A stretch of 63,781 bases of DNA, filler included, from Intoshia linei (GCA_001642005.1; 7 parts of 7 records of this genome joined end to end with filler, not necessarily neighbours in it), one strand, 5' to 3'. Positions 1 through 12,741 are shown, counted from the first letter of the whole stretch. Notes: a model not told the origin generated them from the sequence alone. Numbers and translations are program-made.

Positions 1-2606
1 AAAAATCGAAGCCAAAAAATTGGAAAAATTTGTCTGGGAGTATATGGGTTAATGGAATTCAATTTTTTTTAAATAAAAACCTTTAAATTGTCATATTTCT
101 TGTTATTATGAATTTTTGAATAATACATGACCAAGTAGTATACACCAAACATTATCAACGGGTCCATGTGGACCCCTTGGGCCCACATCAGTTTTTAGTA
201 CATAAAAAATTTTATAAATTTTAAATTATTTACAAAAATAAAATAAAGTTAAAAATTATATTTCGGCAATTATAATAATTATTTCTAATTAACATCATTT
301 AATTTAATATCTATTAAAAATTTGATATTAAGTGTAATAAATTGACTTTTAATTCGTAAAAAAATAAAATTTGTAATGTTTAGATGATATAAATATCTTA
401 GATATAGTTATATTTATTAGATATATATATATTTAGATATATTATTCACAATAAAATAAATAAATTTAAGACGATAATAGGATATAGTGTTGTTATAGTA
501 ACATTAAGTTTAACATAACATCATTACAAGTTTATATTTATAAGTCATTAAAAATAAATTATAGAACTTTAGAGATAAAATTTTTATTAACGGAATTTTT
601 GGTTCAACAAATCTGCAAAAAAAAGAATTCAATTCCGTTATAATGGAATTTCCGCTAACAAAAAGTCCGTTAATAAGGATGTAGACTGTACTAAAATTTT
701 TTATTAATCAATCCTAGCAGTGTTGTGTAAATAACCAGATTGGTGGAAAATAGTATCATAATGCCATTTCAGAATTTTTATTATTTACTATTATTTAATT
801 TTTATGATGATCAATGCGATTTTCAATTGTTATTTTTAATTTATAGACAATAAACAATGTATAGATATCCCATTTTAAAGAAAACTTATACTGGCCTACT
901 GCTGACTCTTCACGGTCCTGACTATAATGGATTATTCATGAGATGGAAGCCTTTAATTTTTTTTTAATGAATCTTTAATCATTATAAGGTAAACGTCGGC
1001 AACCTACGCCCGTCAAAAATTTTCATTCGACACTTGAATTTTATTCATTCAATTGATATCATCAAAATGAAATTAATTCCCATTTTCAAATTCAGTTTAA
1101 GTTGGTCAAGATTCGTTAATGTATGTTGCATAGAGAGTGTACAACTGTGAAATGAACACATTCCACAGGAAAGTCGTAAAATCTATACATTTCATGGAAA
1201 AGTCGTAGAATGTGTAAAATTTATATTTATATTTTAATTTTAGTTTAATTTTGGGTTTTAGAAATTTTAGGAATTAATAAACTAATGACTATAAAAAATA
1301 AAATCTAAACACTATGCGTAAAACCTCATGATGAATAATACCAGTAAGGTATATACAAAACCATTTTTTTAATTTAACAAGTGTTAAAGTGCCAGTCTGT
1401 GAGAAAAATTTTGTGATTCCTGTTTTATTAAAATTATTATTTATAATTGACAAGATTTTAATAAAATAATTTTTATCACTTAGTAGTTTTGAAATATTTG
1501 AAATAGAGTAGTTTAACCAGGGCTGGTAATCCTTTTTCGTCGTAAACACCCGAAAATTCATCAATAAAATAATTTGAAAATGCATGAAATACAGAGTTAC
1601 CTCACTTAGCCAACCCCCTTGTAAAAAAACAAATGCAGTGCAAGTTTTTCTATATTTTTATATATTTCGCGGAAACGTACACACCGTTTTTTACGTTGCG
1701 TACACGAGACTCCTATTCGAAATCCATGAAATTTTTGTAAAATGAGCATCTAAAAAAATACATTTTTGATAATCGTAAATATTTATTGTGGCAAATTTAA
1801 ACTGTCAGTCAGACCCGTGAAGAGGTGGCAAAGGGTATATGACATTACGCATCACGTGCGAAAAAATTATATTATTTATTTATAATTAGTTATAAAGTAA
1901 TCAAATTACAACGGTTGTTTCAATTCTAATTTTAATTTTAAATTTAAATTTTGGATACGACAATATAATAAAAAAAATCTAGAACGCAATGATTTATGAA
2001 TTACTAATAACATTAATTGATTAAATAACTACGTAATTTTAAAAAATTCTACAAGAATGACTAAACCAATTTCATTTCGAATTACATTAATTTATAATTA
2101 ACGGTTTATCAAAAATTTTATTGATGTTTATGGTATTTAATATTTTTATAGTTGTGATGTCACTTATCATACTGCATTATGATAATTATGACAATTAAAT
2201 TAGTATTATTACAAATTCATTACATGCATAAATGTATGGCATTATACATGTGTTTTTAAAAATATACTATGCGAATAGCGTTGATTAAATGTAATGGTGA
2301 TGAATACTGGTCAAAATTTAACTTTCTGTTTGCTGAGTTGGTAATGTTTTGTAGATACAATGTAGCTGCTAAATATTGCTTCATTTATCAGTTGATATAG
2401 ATTTATTTGTCATCAACAATGGACAATTAAAATATAGCTCATTATTGTTGATATTCGGTTGGACTCTTTTGAATTCAGTTTTTTTCAGTCAATACTATAG
2501 CACATTAGTCACAATTAATTGACGCAACAATGTAGAGAAAAACGAACATAATTTGTTTCATTTTAACTAATTTAATTACATATAATGTCATTTTAATAAT
2601 TTTAAT

Positions 2607-5600
2607 ATGTTTTTCAAGAAAAAGAGGACTCGTTTACAAGTAAATCAATTTACCCAAGAAAATTGTGATGTATCAAGGGTGGAATGGCCAACAGATCATA
2701 AGCAATATGTTGGAATGCATTTACTTGGTAATTTTTTATTTTTTACAAATTAATTAGTAATTAAAATCTTTAATACTGAATATAAATTTTAAATATAAAT
2801 AAATATTGCTAATATTTATAAATACAGCATGAATATTTGCGACATAAAAGTTTTCATTTTAAAAACGACTAAATAAATGAAATTATATTCATTAATTTCT
2901 ATTTTTAACTTAACGTATATGGATTATTAAGAAATTAAAAATAGAATTATGATACATGACGATATTTTTATATTTTTTTTTTAAATAACTATAACTACTT
3001 TATTTTATAATAAGTTCCCGCCAATTATTATTCATGTTATTATCCATAAAGTGTCAAGGAAATTATTTGGAGAATCTTAATTTTTAGTTATTTCAATTTA
3101 AAATTACTACTTTTAATATCCAATTTATTTACTTATTTGTATTTTCAATGTTCATAATTATTGTTACGTCAGTGTATTTCAAAATTAATAATACATTATC
3201 TTAATTATCAAATCACATATTAGTGACCAGGCTGAATACAAATTTAATGAAGGATGACAAATATATAATAAAATCAGTAACTTATAAATTAGAACCTCTA
3301 GCTGTACACGAAAATATTCAGATATTATTTTTCAATAAGACAAAGTGAAGTTTTAATGTAGTTATCTATTAATCATATCTGAATCATTCGTATGGTATAA
3401 TATTATGATTATCAGCAGAGCTATTTATATATGTCGTATAGAATGTGTACACTGTGAAATGTACACATTCCACGGGCAAATCGTAGAATGTACACATTTC
3501 ATGAATAAGTCGTACAGTATACAGTACAGATTAACGTAACAAGGCAGGATATATTATTAAGATTAAAAATAATTAATTCAATTTATTAAATATAAAATTT
3601 ATAACTGGAAACACGATATTTGACACAGAAATCATTGATAACTAATCAATTATTTTGTTTTCTAAAAATCTTAAAAAAACCAAATGAAAGTTTGGTTCAA
3701 AAAAAATCGTAATTAAATGGTTTGATATTAATTAAATGAAAGTTTTACAAATACAAATCAATTTAAAAATAAACATGAGCTTGTTAATTTAACTGAATTG
3801 GTAAATTCGTTGTTAGCAAAGCATCAATTATGTATCTAACTCTGAATTGGCGTCTAAGACACATTTTTAGTCAAATACATTCTACGATTTGCCCATGGAA
3901 TGTGTACATTTAACAGTTGTACACATTCTTTGCAACATATATATTGGCTATTATTATATACTTCAAATTTAATGTTACGCAGTATATGGATCAGAAAATT
4001 GACATGATTAAAATTACATTAACTTTAAAATCAAAATTTGACTACATAGTGTAATCACTACACTGTAGACTACAGTCTGTAGTACATCATATTTTATTTA
4101 CATATTGTATTAAGGTCATAGATTTTTTCTACAAAAATTAGTAAAAAAATAAATTAAATAAATCGTAGTAAAAATTGATTACTTATAACTTGAAAATATC
4201 TTACTACTCTGTGTAGAGAGGTTTCGCTTAAAAACGACTTCGTAATAAAGTTCTGCAATACGATCCGAACATGAATTTTGAATCGTGCTTCGGAGGCATT
4301 ACAGTCCTTTATATGTTTACAACATTAATATGAAAAATAAATCGGTCCTTGAAATTTCAATGGATTAATACTAGGGTTGCTAATTCATTAATTAAATACA
4401 GATAATTATTATGTGCACTCCACAATGTGCAGGGGTGTCAAAATTTTGCTCCTAAAAAAAATCTGAAATGTTTATCTAATATTTTCTAGTGTAGGAATGA
4501 CTAACACGTTCATGATTAGAATATTTACTTGTCATATGAGTTGTTTTATTTAAATTTACATTTACTGTTGAACTACACTATTGCAGACCAGTTCTATAAC
4601 AACTATTTTACAAGTAGACATTTCACAATTTAAGCTAAATTTTAGCAGAATTAATTATGAAAACATTTATATTTTGATGAATTTAACTTTTATTTTTAAT
4701 TTCAAACAAATAATTTTTATATATTTTGTCAGTTTAAAACTTTATCACCTTAATTTTTTAGTACTTTATATATATTTTAATCAGAATGCCATACATTTTA
4801 TTTATTAAAATTTTCGCCATTTTCAAATTTTAGATATAATGATTTTTTTTATTTTTTTTGTTTAATTTACCGTAAGCAGAATTTTCATTGGATAATTATG
4901 AAAAAATTTTTAAAACTCAAAATATCCATAAATCATAATTAAAATGTAACGATAATATTTATAAATGTGAAAATTTTTCGTTTCACTATATTCTTGTCTA
5001 GAGGGTGTTGGTTTAGGTTTTTAGTAAGGTTTCAAATCTGTTAAATTAAAAAAAATCGTTGTACCGATTAACAACCGCTTATTTATTGTTTTATGTTATA
5101 CATGTATATTCCATGATAAATTTAATAAATACTCGCATTTAGGTCAAGGTTCCTCTGCAAAGGTTTATAAATCTTACTGTACAAAGACAAAATCAGATTG
5201 TGCTATAAAACGAATAAATTTTAAGATTTATGAACCTAAAAGTATTACAGATATCATGGTAAATATCAATTAATAATTATAAATAGACTTTCGATATACA
5301 GGATATCATTTCAAGGGTTTAAAGGGTAATTTTTTAACCTCCCTGTAAAAATGTGGGTGCTTTCAGTAGCGATATTTGTTTTTCATAAAAAAAAATTCTC
5401 TAAAACCTATAGAAATGTAATTGAAATTATCAAAAACGAATAAAATTGTTGTAAAATCATAATTTTAATAACTTGCATTTATTAGAATGAAATTTATTAC
5501 CATTCTACATTAACTCATCCAAACATTATCAAATATTATACATCATTTGTTCATTTATCTGAAATATGGATTGTTATGGAATACTGTGCGGTAGGATCAT

Positions 5601-7862
5601 TAAGAGACATTATCAACAAGACTATTAGCAAAGGAAATACGTTTGGAGGCGTTTTATCCAAGGACATGATAGCCATAATTTTATTTGAAGTATTAAAAGG
5701 CCTTATTTATATGCATGATAAATTAGTCATTCATCGGTAATTAATTCAAACTATTTTTAATCATAAATTATAATGCAAGTTTTATCAGACCGTGTCATGG
5801 CATATGGCACACACTTAACAATTACTTAACAAGAAATGTTATTTTTGAAGTAATATACTAATTTTAGAGATGTTAAAGCGAATAATATTCTCATAAACTC
5901 TCATGGATGTGTAAAAATAGCAGGTAAATTAAAATTTCATTTCTAAGCTATACAAATGAAATATTATAAACTGTTAAGATGTTTAACTTTTTTCACTTGG
6001 TTCCTTTTTTGTAATACATGTATAGGTGTTTCACAAATCAATGATACATTTTTCAAATATTTTGCGAAACAGATTTTTGAATAATAATTTAAATACTAAG
6101 GGAAATGATTCAACATTATACATTAAACATTATTGTAATTAAAATGATTCTTTTAGATTTTGGTATAGCAATTAGTTTGAAAAAAGTAAATGGAAAAATT
6201 GTCAAAATAAAAGATTTGTCTGGAACACCATGCTGGATGGCACCTGAAATTATTGAACATGTAACATTTAATTTTTGTTATTCTATTTTACATGTAAATT
6301 TTAGAAACCATATGATGAAAAAGTTGATATATGGAGTTTGGGGATAATGGCATTAGAAATGGTTGCTGGAAGAGTACCTCATTCTCAGTACCACCCAACC
6401 AAAATAATGAAAATGGTTTCGGAGTACCCTGCACCATGTCTACAAATGTATGTCGACTCAAATTTTTACAAGATTTATAAAGGGACATTTACTGATATGC
6501 TCAAGAAATGTTTAACGAAAAATGTGAAATCTAGAGCCACTTCAATACAACTCATTAATGATCCATTTTTCTTTAATGTGAAGGTAGTTTTTATTAATAG
6601 TGATTAAAAGTAATTATTAATTTTATTTTAATTTATCAAGTTTTTTAACCATTATATAATTGAGAAATTAGTTTTAACTGTGTATACGCCTTTTATAATT
6701 AACAATTTTTAATTTTAGAATATAAATGAATTTGTAAAATTCTTAAAAATAACAGATGACAAAAATAAACTTGGATTAATAAATATGTCGAAGCCAGTGA
6801 AAAAGAAACCTGATCGATTTTCAATGTCTTATAGAAATATAATGTTTAGCTTAGAAAGACGTCAGAAATTGATCAATGAGGTAATTTAATCTTTAATCAA
6901 AATGCGAACCAATTGACGCTATGTCAATACATGCTTTTAATTTTTTTCTTTAAATAAAACATAATATTTACGTCTGTCACTTAGAAGTATGATTCTATAG
7001 TCTACAATTTGATTTATTTTTCCCAATTAAAAGTAAATAAAGTCCCTTGATTTTAGCCAAATAGCCAAAAAACCGATATTTATAAATATTCACCGTAACA
7101 TAGGAAATATGGGCACATTTGTTTAATAAGGTAAACTCGAGCATCATACTATGGTTTACGCAAATAAGAAGATCAGCCGTGGACACCAGTTTGCGAATTA
7201 TTGATTACGCATGTAAAAAAAATAAAATAAATTTTAGATTATTGTGGATTCGAATGAAAAAGAATACTGTATAAACGAATCTTGTGTTCAATCATTTCAA
7301 AAATTTTATCCTCATCATCACATTATACTTCGATTGAGGTTATTAATTTTATTTTGGAAAATTTCATCTATAAAAATTTTACATTGAAAAGTAATTTTCG
7401 TAATTTAGAGGGGCAGATAGTAGAAAAAAAGACGTTGGATTTATCATAAATGAACGTGAATCAATTAAACCAATTGTTAAACAGATGGTGCGTAACGATT
7501 TAATTAAAATCGTTGATGCTGAAACTAGTAATTATTATTATACATTTTAAAATTTTACTTTGATGTTTATCATAAATTAATATATTAATTTAGTAATCAG
7601 TGTACTAGAAGGTGTCGTTAAAAATAAAAGTGTGGAAGGAAATTTTAAATTTGCAATGGTAAATTTATATTTATTTTTTTGATAAATTTAAATTTTTTTA
7701 TTTTAGGATATTGAATATATGAATGTTGTGGATTATAAAGGAACGCAAAATTTTGTTGGATATGGTCAAATAATGTACAATAAGAGAGAATCCATTGACC
7801 ATTTAATGATAAAACCAAAACCATCGAACAAATTTAAAAACTTTTGTAGATATGTTATGTAA
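2607..7862 (+). CDS. Ste20-family OSR1/SPAK (OXSR1/STK39/fray)-like Ser/Thr kinase with C-terminal CCT/PF2-like domain, multi-exon
   Basis: Manual splicing. Exon 2607-2727 (MFFKKKRTRL...EWPTDHKQYVGMHLL) joins 5143 in phase to give GQGSSAKV...CAIKRI. Later exons give HPNIIKYYTSFV..EIWIVMEYC, IHRDVKANNIL, DFG, GTPCWMAPE and DIWSLGI. The C-terminal exons IILRLR..KKDVGFIIN..QMVRNDLI..FVGYGQI resemble the OSR1 CCT domain. Stop at 7860-7862. Confidence 0.85.
3432..3937. mobile_element. Non-autonomous TIR element (MITE) with TGT...ACA ends, Ginger-like, in kinase intron 1
   Basis: About 65-bp imperfect terminal inverted repeats (TGTCGTATAGAATGTGTACAC... / ...GTGTACATTTAACAGTTGTACACATTCTTTGCAACA) flanked by TATA on both sides. 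Related ends occur at about 1124-1220 and 63101-63122. Confidence 0.7.
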
Positions 7863-8392
7863 TTAAAAGATTTGAATGTTTCCTTTATCTATTGATTTCA
7901 TCAAATATCAAAAAAGTGGAATGTATAAATTATGACAGATGAAAAATTAAAAAATATTGCAAACGTTAAATCTATGTCATACATCGTACAATGACGGAAA
8001 GGTTTTATGTCTCAAAAAATTTTCATTTTTCAAAGTATAATAGTTATTTTAATTATATTTTATGAAAGTAGCTTCACTTCTGTTATGTACTTCGTACAAA
8101 TAACAGCTAACTCTGCTGAGGATATGTATTTTTCAATATGTTATGATGATGAGGCCGATTGTAGATAATAAGTGTATATCTTAAAAAAAACCAAATACAG
8201 TTACAACCTATAAAATACTCATAAATAACATGATTTTTTTTAATTCTCAATTTTCAAAAAAAATTTATAAAATTTAACAAATATGATTTAATTATCAGCT
8301 TAAATGGCAGATGATTTACACTATCAGGTGTGAAATTAATTAAAGTTTGATTTTTGTAAATCAGAAAACAGAAACCAAATGAAAAAAAAAAG

Positions 8393-8483
8393 TGCTCCTG
8401 GCGAGGATCGAACTCGCAACCCCCGCATTACACAACAATACTGATTATAAGTACGATGCGCTAACCGATTGCGCCACAGGAGC
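8393..8483 (-). tRNA. tRNA-Ile(UAU), intron-containing
   Basis: Minus strand reads GCTCCTGTGGCGCAATCGGTTAGCGCATCGTACT-TAT-A[about 17-nt intron]ATGCGGGGGTTGCGAGTTCGATCCTCGCCAGGAGCA, followed by a poly-T Pol III terminator (A-run at 8382-8391 on +). Confidence 0.93.
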
Positions 8484-9664
8484 AATGACAAATTAAATAT
8501 TTTTTAGTATTTATCAAACTGACTATATTTTAACCAATATGAAAAAATTAATTTAGTTACTAACTAAATGTATTTAATCCTTAAATACGCATATACCTTA
8601 CTTTCAGTAACATGGTTATAAATACAAATTTACAAAGTTACAAATATTTGTTTACAGTGTAAATATTTTACAAAGTAAAGTAAGTTAATGTAACAAATTA
8701 TTAAATTGAAATTAACGGTAAATCAAATTGATTTATCAATAAATCATACATTCAAAATATTATTTCTATATCAAACTTAAAATCTTTATCGTCAAGCTTT
8801 TTTTTGTATATTTTATTTACAACTTATTATAAGTTGTAAGACTATCATTATAAGACTAACTTAGTCATTCAGAATAAAAATCTCAATTTTTTATTTTGTT
8901 AAAAAAAATCAGTCCAAAAATTTAATAAAACACACATTCTGGGATGTACACTCCGTCCAATAATTATAACAACACTATCATTTTGTTAATAACAATAATA
9001 TTTGTAGAACAAAATTTATGAAAATTAGCATGTTGGACATACACAATGTAAGGTTGTCATATTAAATAAAATAATTGAAAAAAAACAAAATTAACTAAAA
9101 TTTTTTAATAAAAACATTAAAAATACAAAAACACGAGTGTCCATAAATTATAACAACACAATTATTTATTAATTATATGCTACATGAATATTTTTTTCAA
9201 TAATTAATTGACTTTTCTCCAACCTTTAAATCATGAATCATACCATGATTCCCAAAATATTGAGAAAAAATTATTACAACATCGATGTACATTTAAATAT
9301 ACAAAAGATGAGAATTGAACTAATGAATTCAGGTAAGCATGCATCCAATGTAAAGAAAAATGGTAAAATAAGCCAATTTCAAAAAAGTGTCAAATTTATT
9401 GCAAATTTTGGCAAACAAATTCCATTTGAACATATAAAGGAAATGTTGGATTATGCTCAAAAACACACACTAAATTACCGAAAATTGATAAAAAATATAA
9501 ATCAAACCGCTTTTTCCAATGTTTCTGAAAAATACCATTTTACCAAATAAATATTAATATTTTAAAAATAAAATAAATAATTAATTTTAAAAAAAAATAA
9601 TTCATAATGTTCACCAAATCGCCAATAAGGCCGTACTTTCCCCACCTCTGGTTTAGTCAATTAA

Positions 9665-9755
9665 TGGAAGGCATATGCTGCCAAACACAAAAATTGTCAA
9701 ACTTAGGATGTTTTCCGTTAACGCTGTTTATACCTTTCCAGCAGATTTTTTCGAT
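9665..9755 (-). ncRNA. Candidate Sm-class small RNA with spliced-leader (SL) RNA-like architecture
   Basis: Minus strand has three hairpins, an AG|GTAT donor in hairpin 1 and an AATTTTTG Sm-like site between hairpins 2 and 3. Structure was inferred by eye and no homology is known to me. Confidence 0.4.
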
Positions 9756-10286
9756 TGAATTAAATACATTTTATACAAATACAGTGTATTATTAAATACA
9801 AGAATAAAAAAGACAAATAACAAAAATGTTAATTTCATAATAGCTGATTTATATGTGTGAAAAATATAATCATATTATGTTAACTGTTTTTCAATTTGTT
9901 TAAAACAATAGGTAATATTATTTGACAATGCAGTTATGTATTTTATGTAACTACATATGTATGCAACATTAATATCAGGTTAATTACCATTGTGCAAAAA
10001 ATAAAATTAAAACTACATTTTGATAAAACTTGTTAATATTTTCGGAGAAGCTTAATTGTATTGGAAATGTTTGTTTCTATATAAGGTTACTGTGTCCTAA
10101 CTACAAAATGATAATTTAAAAATCTAATTAGTGCTATAAGAACAGTTATTGTAAAAAATCGTTCAAATTATAGCATTTTTGTAATTGGGTCAATAATAGA
10201 ATATTAATCATAAAAATAACAATAAAAAGAATCCACAATTAGGATGAATTCGAAATATATTAATTGAACTCGATTCAGATCCAATA

Positions 10287-11312
10287 ATGTTACATTTGAA
10301 AGATTCAATAAATTCACAATTGATTCCAACATTGACTAATGAAAAAAGTTCAATAGATTTGAAAATAAAGGATTCAAATGATACAAAAACATTCAAAAAA
10401 TTATCACATTACCAAATCAGCGAAAAAGTATTAAGTTCCATGTCAGAAAAATGCACAAACAGTGCATCATTAGATGTAGAATTGCAAGGCTGGAAAAGTA
10501 ATCTGAATTTTGAAAAATGTTGGACTGTATTGAAAGAAAATCAAGCAATAGTAGACAATAAAGCAAATTTAATTAAAAGTGCCAATATAGAAATAATACA
10601 ACATCACTGTTGCTTGGTTTCAGATAAACCCAATGATAAAAAATTTCACAATCTAATTTTATCAAAAAGATTAAAAAAGATACCCAAGAAATTACAATTG
10701 GTACAAGAACCGGAAATTTACATGTCAAATAATTTCGATTACATTGATAACAACCGAAAATACTTAAATTACAAAAAAGGGGTACATCGGCCTCTATATA
10801 GGCCGATAAAGTTTTATAAAAATTGTGCATTGCTACCAATTTCCACCAAGCAAACCGCATCAAATCCTGATTTAACCTCATCGTTTGTTCCGTTGAAAAG
10901 AAACGTTAAATGTGATATTGATACCATAACCTCCAAATTAAATAAAATTGATATTACCATACCTCATCCTCTCAAAAATAGGGACAAATTTTATGTACAT
11001 ATTAATGTCAAAAACGATAAACTTTCTCACAAAAAACTGGTCAAACCTGCCGAATATTTTACGCAACCTCAACCAAAAATTTTAAAGTGTAAATACGTTA
11101 AATCAAATGATGCTGACAAAAAAAATGATAAATCTAAATTTATTAACTCATTCAATATTTCAAAAATACATTTTCAAAGTATTAACAAATATAAACAAAA
11201 ACAAAATTCCAATTTCATTAGACGGTTTAACCAAACTGCCAAAATTAAAAACTATCAAAAGTTTAATTCTTTATGTCTAACTTCAAGCAAATTTAAATTT
11301 CATGGTTTTTAA
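10287..11312 (+). CDS. Hypothetical Lys/Asn-rich protein, 341 aa, single long exon
   Basis: A 1-kb open frame in very AT-rich DNA with AATAAA about 15 nt after the stop. No domain recognised. Confidence 0.6.
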   Translation: MLHLKDSINSQLIPTLTNEKSSIDLKIKDSNDTKTFKKLSHYQISEKVLSSMSEKCTNSASLDVELQGWKSNLNFEKCWTVLKENQAIVDNKANLIKSANIEIIQHHCCLVSDKPNDKKFHNLILSKRLKKIPKKLQLVQEPEIYMSNNFDYIDNNRKYLNYKKGVHRPLYRPIKFYKNCALLPISTKQTASNPDLTSSFVPLKRNVKCDIDTITSKLNKIDITIPHPLKNRDKFYVHINVKNDKLSHKKLVKPAEYFTQPQPKILKCKYVKSNDADKKNDKSKFINSFNISKIHFQSINKYKQKQNSNFIRRFNQTAKIKNYQKFNSLCLTSSKFKFHGF

Positions 11313-11512
11313 TTGAGTATTCATTAAATAAAACTGTATTTATATTCTTTAATTTACTTCTCAGTATTATTTCACTGTTACTATCTTTAAGTACTGTATC
11401 TGCATTTATTTAAATCGCATTGATAAACACAAAATGTTGTTATATTGTCGTTAATGTAATTAAGTTGAACTTATTAGCAACAATATACACGTAATTTTAT
11501 TTTTAAAGTGAA

Positions 11513-11799
11513 ATGCATTTTGTACAAGAAAAAATTGAACCATTGCAAAAATTTTCACAAGATTCCTATCGATTAGTTAGAAGATGCACAAAACCAAATA
11601 TCAAAGGTTTCCATTTTATGCAAAATTTGCGTTCAATAAAAATTTAGAATTTAAACAAATTGCTTTAGCCACAGCTATAGGCTTTTCAGTCATGGGTTTT
11701 ATAGGATTTTTTGTCAAACTAGTTTACATACCGATAAACAACATCATTTTGTAAGTATTTTATTTTAATGTCTAAAATTTTTAAACTAGCGGATACTAA
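11513..11799 (+). CDS. SEC61G: Protein transport protein Sec61 subunit gamma (3 exons)
   Basis: [31 protein letters not shown]|[35 protein letters not shown]|GY* with two GT-AG introns of about 40 nt. Confidence 0.95.
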
Positions 11800-11854
11800 A
11801 TAAGGAAATATGAAAAAATTTAATAAAATTGAAAAAACAAATTTTTACAAATTG

Positions 11855-12741
11855 TTAGTGTCTGTGTTTAGATCTCATCGACTTTAGAGCTTGTCTGCGT
11901 AATTTTTCTTCGTTTTGAGTGGTCTATATTTTAAATTATAACTATGTTTATGAAAATATTACATCGGATGAGGTTTCTGATATTTCTGAACTTTGTTCAC
12001 GTGAGATTGCTAGATGAGAATATTAAATTCAATATAAAAAGTAAATTTAAAATTACATTTATTTTTTTCATTTCTTTCTTCTCGCGAGCATTCAGAATCT
12101 GACTGTGAGCTTGAATTTTCATTGGAGCTGCACGATTTTTTAGAGTCTTTTACGCGCACACTTGATTCTTCTCTGTTTATTATATCACTGTCAGAGTCAC
12201 TGGAATTTTGGTTTTTTGATTGTTCTGGGCTATCTGAATCAGATTGCTTTTCCGACACGCTTGAAGATTTTGTGACACTACGTTTACGTTTCCTTCGTCT
12301 ATGTTTTTTAATTCTTTCCATTACGTCTGAATCACAACTGGATTCTTTACGTTCGCGACGATGATGACGCCTATCGTGTCGTTTTCTTTCCACACTAATG
12401 GATCGTCGTTGATGGCCAGATCGTTTTCTTCTTGAATCTGTTCGCTCGGGTTCAACATTTCTGTATTTTCTGTGATCACGTCTATTTCGACTATTGTCTG
12501 AATCTCTACGGTGTCTTCTTTGACGTTTTCTAACTCTTCTGTCAGATTCCGAAGAAATCGATCTCCTGCGATGTTCGGTCGCTTCCTGTCTATTTGTGTG
12601 CCTATTTCTTTCGTGTTCTGTTCTACTAGGCCGTTTTTCATATTTGCTTGTATTTAAATGTTCCTCTTTTATTCTAGGCGACTCATGCCTTTGTTTGATA
12701 TCTTGCTTTATATCAGGGCTTTCTTGAAAGTTTTCTTTCAG
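11855..12741 (-). CDS. Ser/Arg-rich splicing coactivator, SRRM1/SRm160-like, 3' exons only
   Basis: Long Arg/Ser/Asp-rich exon (12741 to about 12058). The terminal exon TTQNEEKLRRQALKSMRSKHRH* resembles the SRRM1 C-terminal LREKALRSMR motif. N-terminal PWI exons are not visible. Confidence 0.6.

Noticed and set aside
1289-4808. Short Phe/Ile/Leu/Tyr-rich ORFs (for example 1289-1585 and 4581-4808; similarly 14653-14889 and 45910-46131) as membrane proteins
   Set aside because: This composition is expected from random AT-rich DNA, and no motifs are present.
9233-9550. 105-aa ORF as a host gene
   Set aside because: It lies downstream of a Tc1-like end with an internal direct repeat (GTCCA.AATTATAACAACAC at about 8955 and 9139) and has no recognisable domain. 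It is probably TE-derived but cannot be assigned.
12122-12641. ORFs 12122-12364(+) and 12321-12641(-) as separate genes
   Set aside because: They are shadow frames of the Arg/Ser-rich exon.
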